Positions 61,230-64,000 of a DNA stretch of 64,000 nt are shown piece by piece; within the stretch, counting starts at the first letter, position 1; every line of letters begins with the position of its first letter. Source of the stretch: Albugo candida (lineage: Eukaryota); assembly GCA_040437565.1 (NCBI GenBank), contig JBDOQK010000087.1, positions 1-64,000 of the forward strand. Direction: 5' to 3'. The notes below the pieces were generated by a model. It did not search any database, was not told the DNA's origin, and saw only the letters and a list, made by a program, of their open reading frames with translations. The position numbers were made by a program, and so were the translations under genes.

Positions 61230-62600
61230 TGGCATATCTCTGTTGGAGAGTAACATTACTTGAGGTCGGGAATGCAAAGACTGGAAGGAACAACTTTTCT
61301 CGCTTTTGAAAGTTCTTTTGAGCTCTTTTTTGATGAGATGGGGCAGACAAAGGGTGGAAAAGCAACAAAGTACCGACTCGGAGAGTCGAGAATCGTTAAA
61401 CCTGGTAAAGCGGAACGAAATTTTCGTATCTTTTATCAAATACCGCCAGGACTCTTCGTTCACAAAGAAGCCTCATGAAATGGATTGCTTGAACATCAGG
61501 GAGTGCTATGGCATAGACGGCATTGATGATGAAAAGGACTTTGATGGTGCTACGGAGGCCATGTGGGCGACATGAAGAAGAGGCGAATTGAATGATTAAT
61601 CCAATATGTGTTGCCATCCTACGTTTGGGTAACGTTGACTCTTGGGCTGGAACCATACATGATGCTGAAGGCTCTACTATCAATTCCGCTGACGTAGTGA
61701 TCACAAGCTATAGATAATTGGGAGTCAGTTCCGATGAGTGTTGGATCAATTTCTCCTTCAAATATCTAAAACAATGGCTCGCCGTAGCAAGAGAGGTATC
61801 AAGTACCACAAAATCCCAGCCAAGCAAGTGCTCAACGTGACTCTCTTGGAAAATTTATGCATGACAGAACTTGAGATTTGTTGACTGAGCATATAAACCA
61901 CGCATTGGACTTGCAATGTGGAGTAGATGAACAGAAACCAACAAATTTTTCCCATCGTACGCTTAACATGGATGAGATGCCTAAAACTGGTACTGTAGAT
62001 GTTTATGGATTCGAAGTATTTGATCAAAATGGTTCCGAGTAATTTTACCTTCCATACCACACGTGAACGAAAAATTGCAGCAATCGTGTATCTAGTCAAA
62101 ATAAGAGTCTGGAGCTGTATTCGATGGTGCAAAAAGTAAGAACTAAGTGATCCGATAATTTTTTTCAATTGAATACAGAGGGGAAAAAAGAAGGTCACCA
62201 TCCAATCGACGGACACAAATGGCTTCTCCTACCGCTGGTCCAAGTTTCGAACGCAGTATGAAGCTTTAATACCAAGCTTGATGGAGTGATTGCCTATCAA
62301 ATGATCAAAAGCAAGCCAATCGTTTTGACGACGGCGTGTCTTCCGCGAAATATAATACCTAGGTTGATTGATGATTTACAGGTTAGACCGGGCTGGTTTT
62401 GCTTATCACGGAGAGTATGGACGATTCCTTAATCGCTTACGTATTCTGTCACAAACATATCCTGAGCATGTGTTCACCGGCAGCGATATGAAAGGGACTC
62501 AACTGATATTGCGAAATGCAGAAGAGGGTATATCAACACTGAAAGAAGAGGCACAATTTGGTAGACAGTGGTAATCACTCAAGCATCGAAGACATTGTTT
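61230..62600 (+). pseudogene. Decayed myosin motor-domain pseudogene (class I-like)
   Basis: Colinear but frameshifted and stop-ridden motifs: GNAKTGRNNFSRF, KYRLGESRIV..ERNFRIFYQ, IDGIDDEKDF..AM, VAILRLGNV, GTVDVYGFEVFDQNG, RAGFAY..YGRFLNR and AQFG. Confidence 0.85.
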
Positions 62601-64000
62601 GCTATCAAGAAGTTACGGGAGGAAGTTATTGGAAGGTATGTCCGAAGAGTCTAGCACATTTGGAGATCATGAATCGGACAGCGGTAATTTTTGAAACTGT
62701 GTTCATGGCATTTCAGATTTCTATAAAACAAACGGAAAATTTGATTAACGTGTGCGTATTTGTCGATCATATCATGGAGAGTATCTGCTCGAAAAACACG
62801 GATGAAATACATTTGAGGATCTGGAAATAGTACGCTTCTATGGTGACTATGATGAATTCGAATATGTTAATTATGTAATAGAACAAACAATCCCACCATC
62901 ATTAGAGGTGGCGTTTCCAGGATTGCGAAAACCCAGAAGTTCTCGCTTCGTAGTCTGAGACAATGAGCACATATCACAATGACAATGACATACTTCTCAA
63001 CACATACGCTTATATGCTTTATTCTACAGATCCGACCAGAGCCTCAATTCAAAGGAGTTCAACTGGAACAATCGGCTCGAAGACCGAAGCGTCTGAAACT
63101 GCTGAATACTGGAGAAAATTTGAACTTTTTGATTTCTAGCATCGTTGTCGATTCAGTGGCAATAATTCGGACGAAGCATGTAAACGAGTGAAACAAAGCG
63201 TCAACATTCTGAGGCAAAAAGAAATAAAGAACGCGCAAAACGTGCTCGACGCCGGGCACGACTAAAGCAAGAACGAGAACACATTCGTATTGAACGAGTA
63301 AAAATACGGATGCTAAAAAGCAAGCTGACAATGAGGCCAGGACGCAGATTGCTCGAACGTCCGATCCGACCGCGTCCTCTTTGGTACAATTGAAGTGTGT
63401 TTTAGTGAAGTCAAGGCAAAATGCGTGACAACGACGTCAAGGCTTTGTACAGCAACACTCGGGGGAATGGAATGGGTAGTGAGCTTAATGCGGTTCTGGC
63501 ACGACGTCGTGGAAACGCAAGGTAGACGCACTCAGCTTTCCGAGGATTGGAAGATATGCTTGGATCAATACCGGAGAATGGTATAAATTCAGCGTTGACC
63601 TGGTTCTAAGGCTATAATACCTTTGGTCTTCTCAAGCGTGATTACCTTGCCATTTGTTATTGGAGCACCAGAGAGGCCTTTCGTGGAAGGAAAAGCGGTC
63701 ATGTCGCTTGATTTTGTAGACAACATGATTACGTCAGCTCCACATACTTCGATAATGTTTAAATTCTCACTCTGTCCTTTATGTAAACCAAACCGCACTG
63801 CAAAAAATGGAAAATAGAATGCTCTCGGCCGTATACAAAAGCAAGATGGAAGCATTCCATATCGCAATCGGCGGGTGTTTTGCTCACCTCTATCTTGCTT
63901 TGCGCAACGTTAAAGCAACTGACTCTTTCTTCTTTGTGGCGAATGTTCCTCGGCCATTCATTTCTGACTAGCTACAATCACAATTGTGTCATTCAGTTGC

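Noticed and set aside
62800-64000. Short ORFs at the right end
   Set aside because: No recognisable domain; may be the decayed myosin tail or the end of a gene outside the window, but this cannot be supported.

Overview
Eukaryotic draft-assembly window, by inference an oomycete and most likely Albugo-like. The basis is short (about 50-60 bp) GT-AG introns, oomycete-type gene content and a CHxC/CCG-like secreted family. It has eleven 100-N gaps, most flanked by unmerged overlapping contig ends, so several apparent gene duplicates are artefacts. Left half (1-29 kb) is gene-sparse. It holds three minus-strand paralogues of a secreted protein of about 670-770 aa built from five tandem Cys modules (CxxC...Cx3-5C), interleaved with three decayed Ty1/Copia LTR elements for which LTRs, PBS, PPT and target-site duplications can be read. 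Paralogue 1 appears in two versions differing by 16 non-synonymous and 2 synonymous changes, and paralogue 3 has an in-frame TAG. Right half (29-64 kb) is gene-dense: two START-like/FYVE-like proteins, DUF92/TMEM19, a folate-biopterin transporter, a B12D/NDUFA4-like protein, an enkurin-domain protein, SBDS with a zinc finger, a two-exon 64-aa secreted peptide missed by the ORF track, mitochondrial ClpB/Hsp78, a FYVE-SYLF protein, phosphatidylserine synthase, a GT48 beta-1,3-glucan synthase fused to an MFS sugar-porter domain, a divergent PP2A B56-like protein and a myosin motor pseudogene. All calls are by eye from sequence; no database searches were run.
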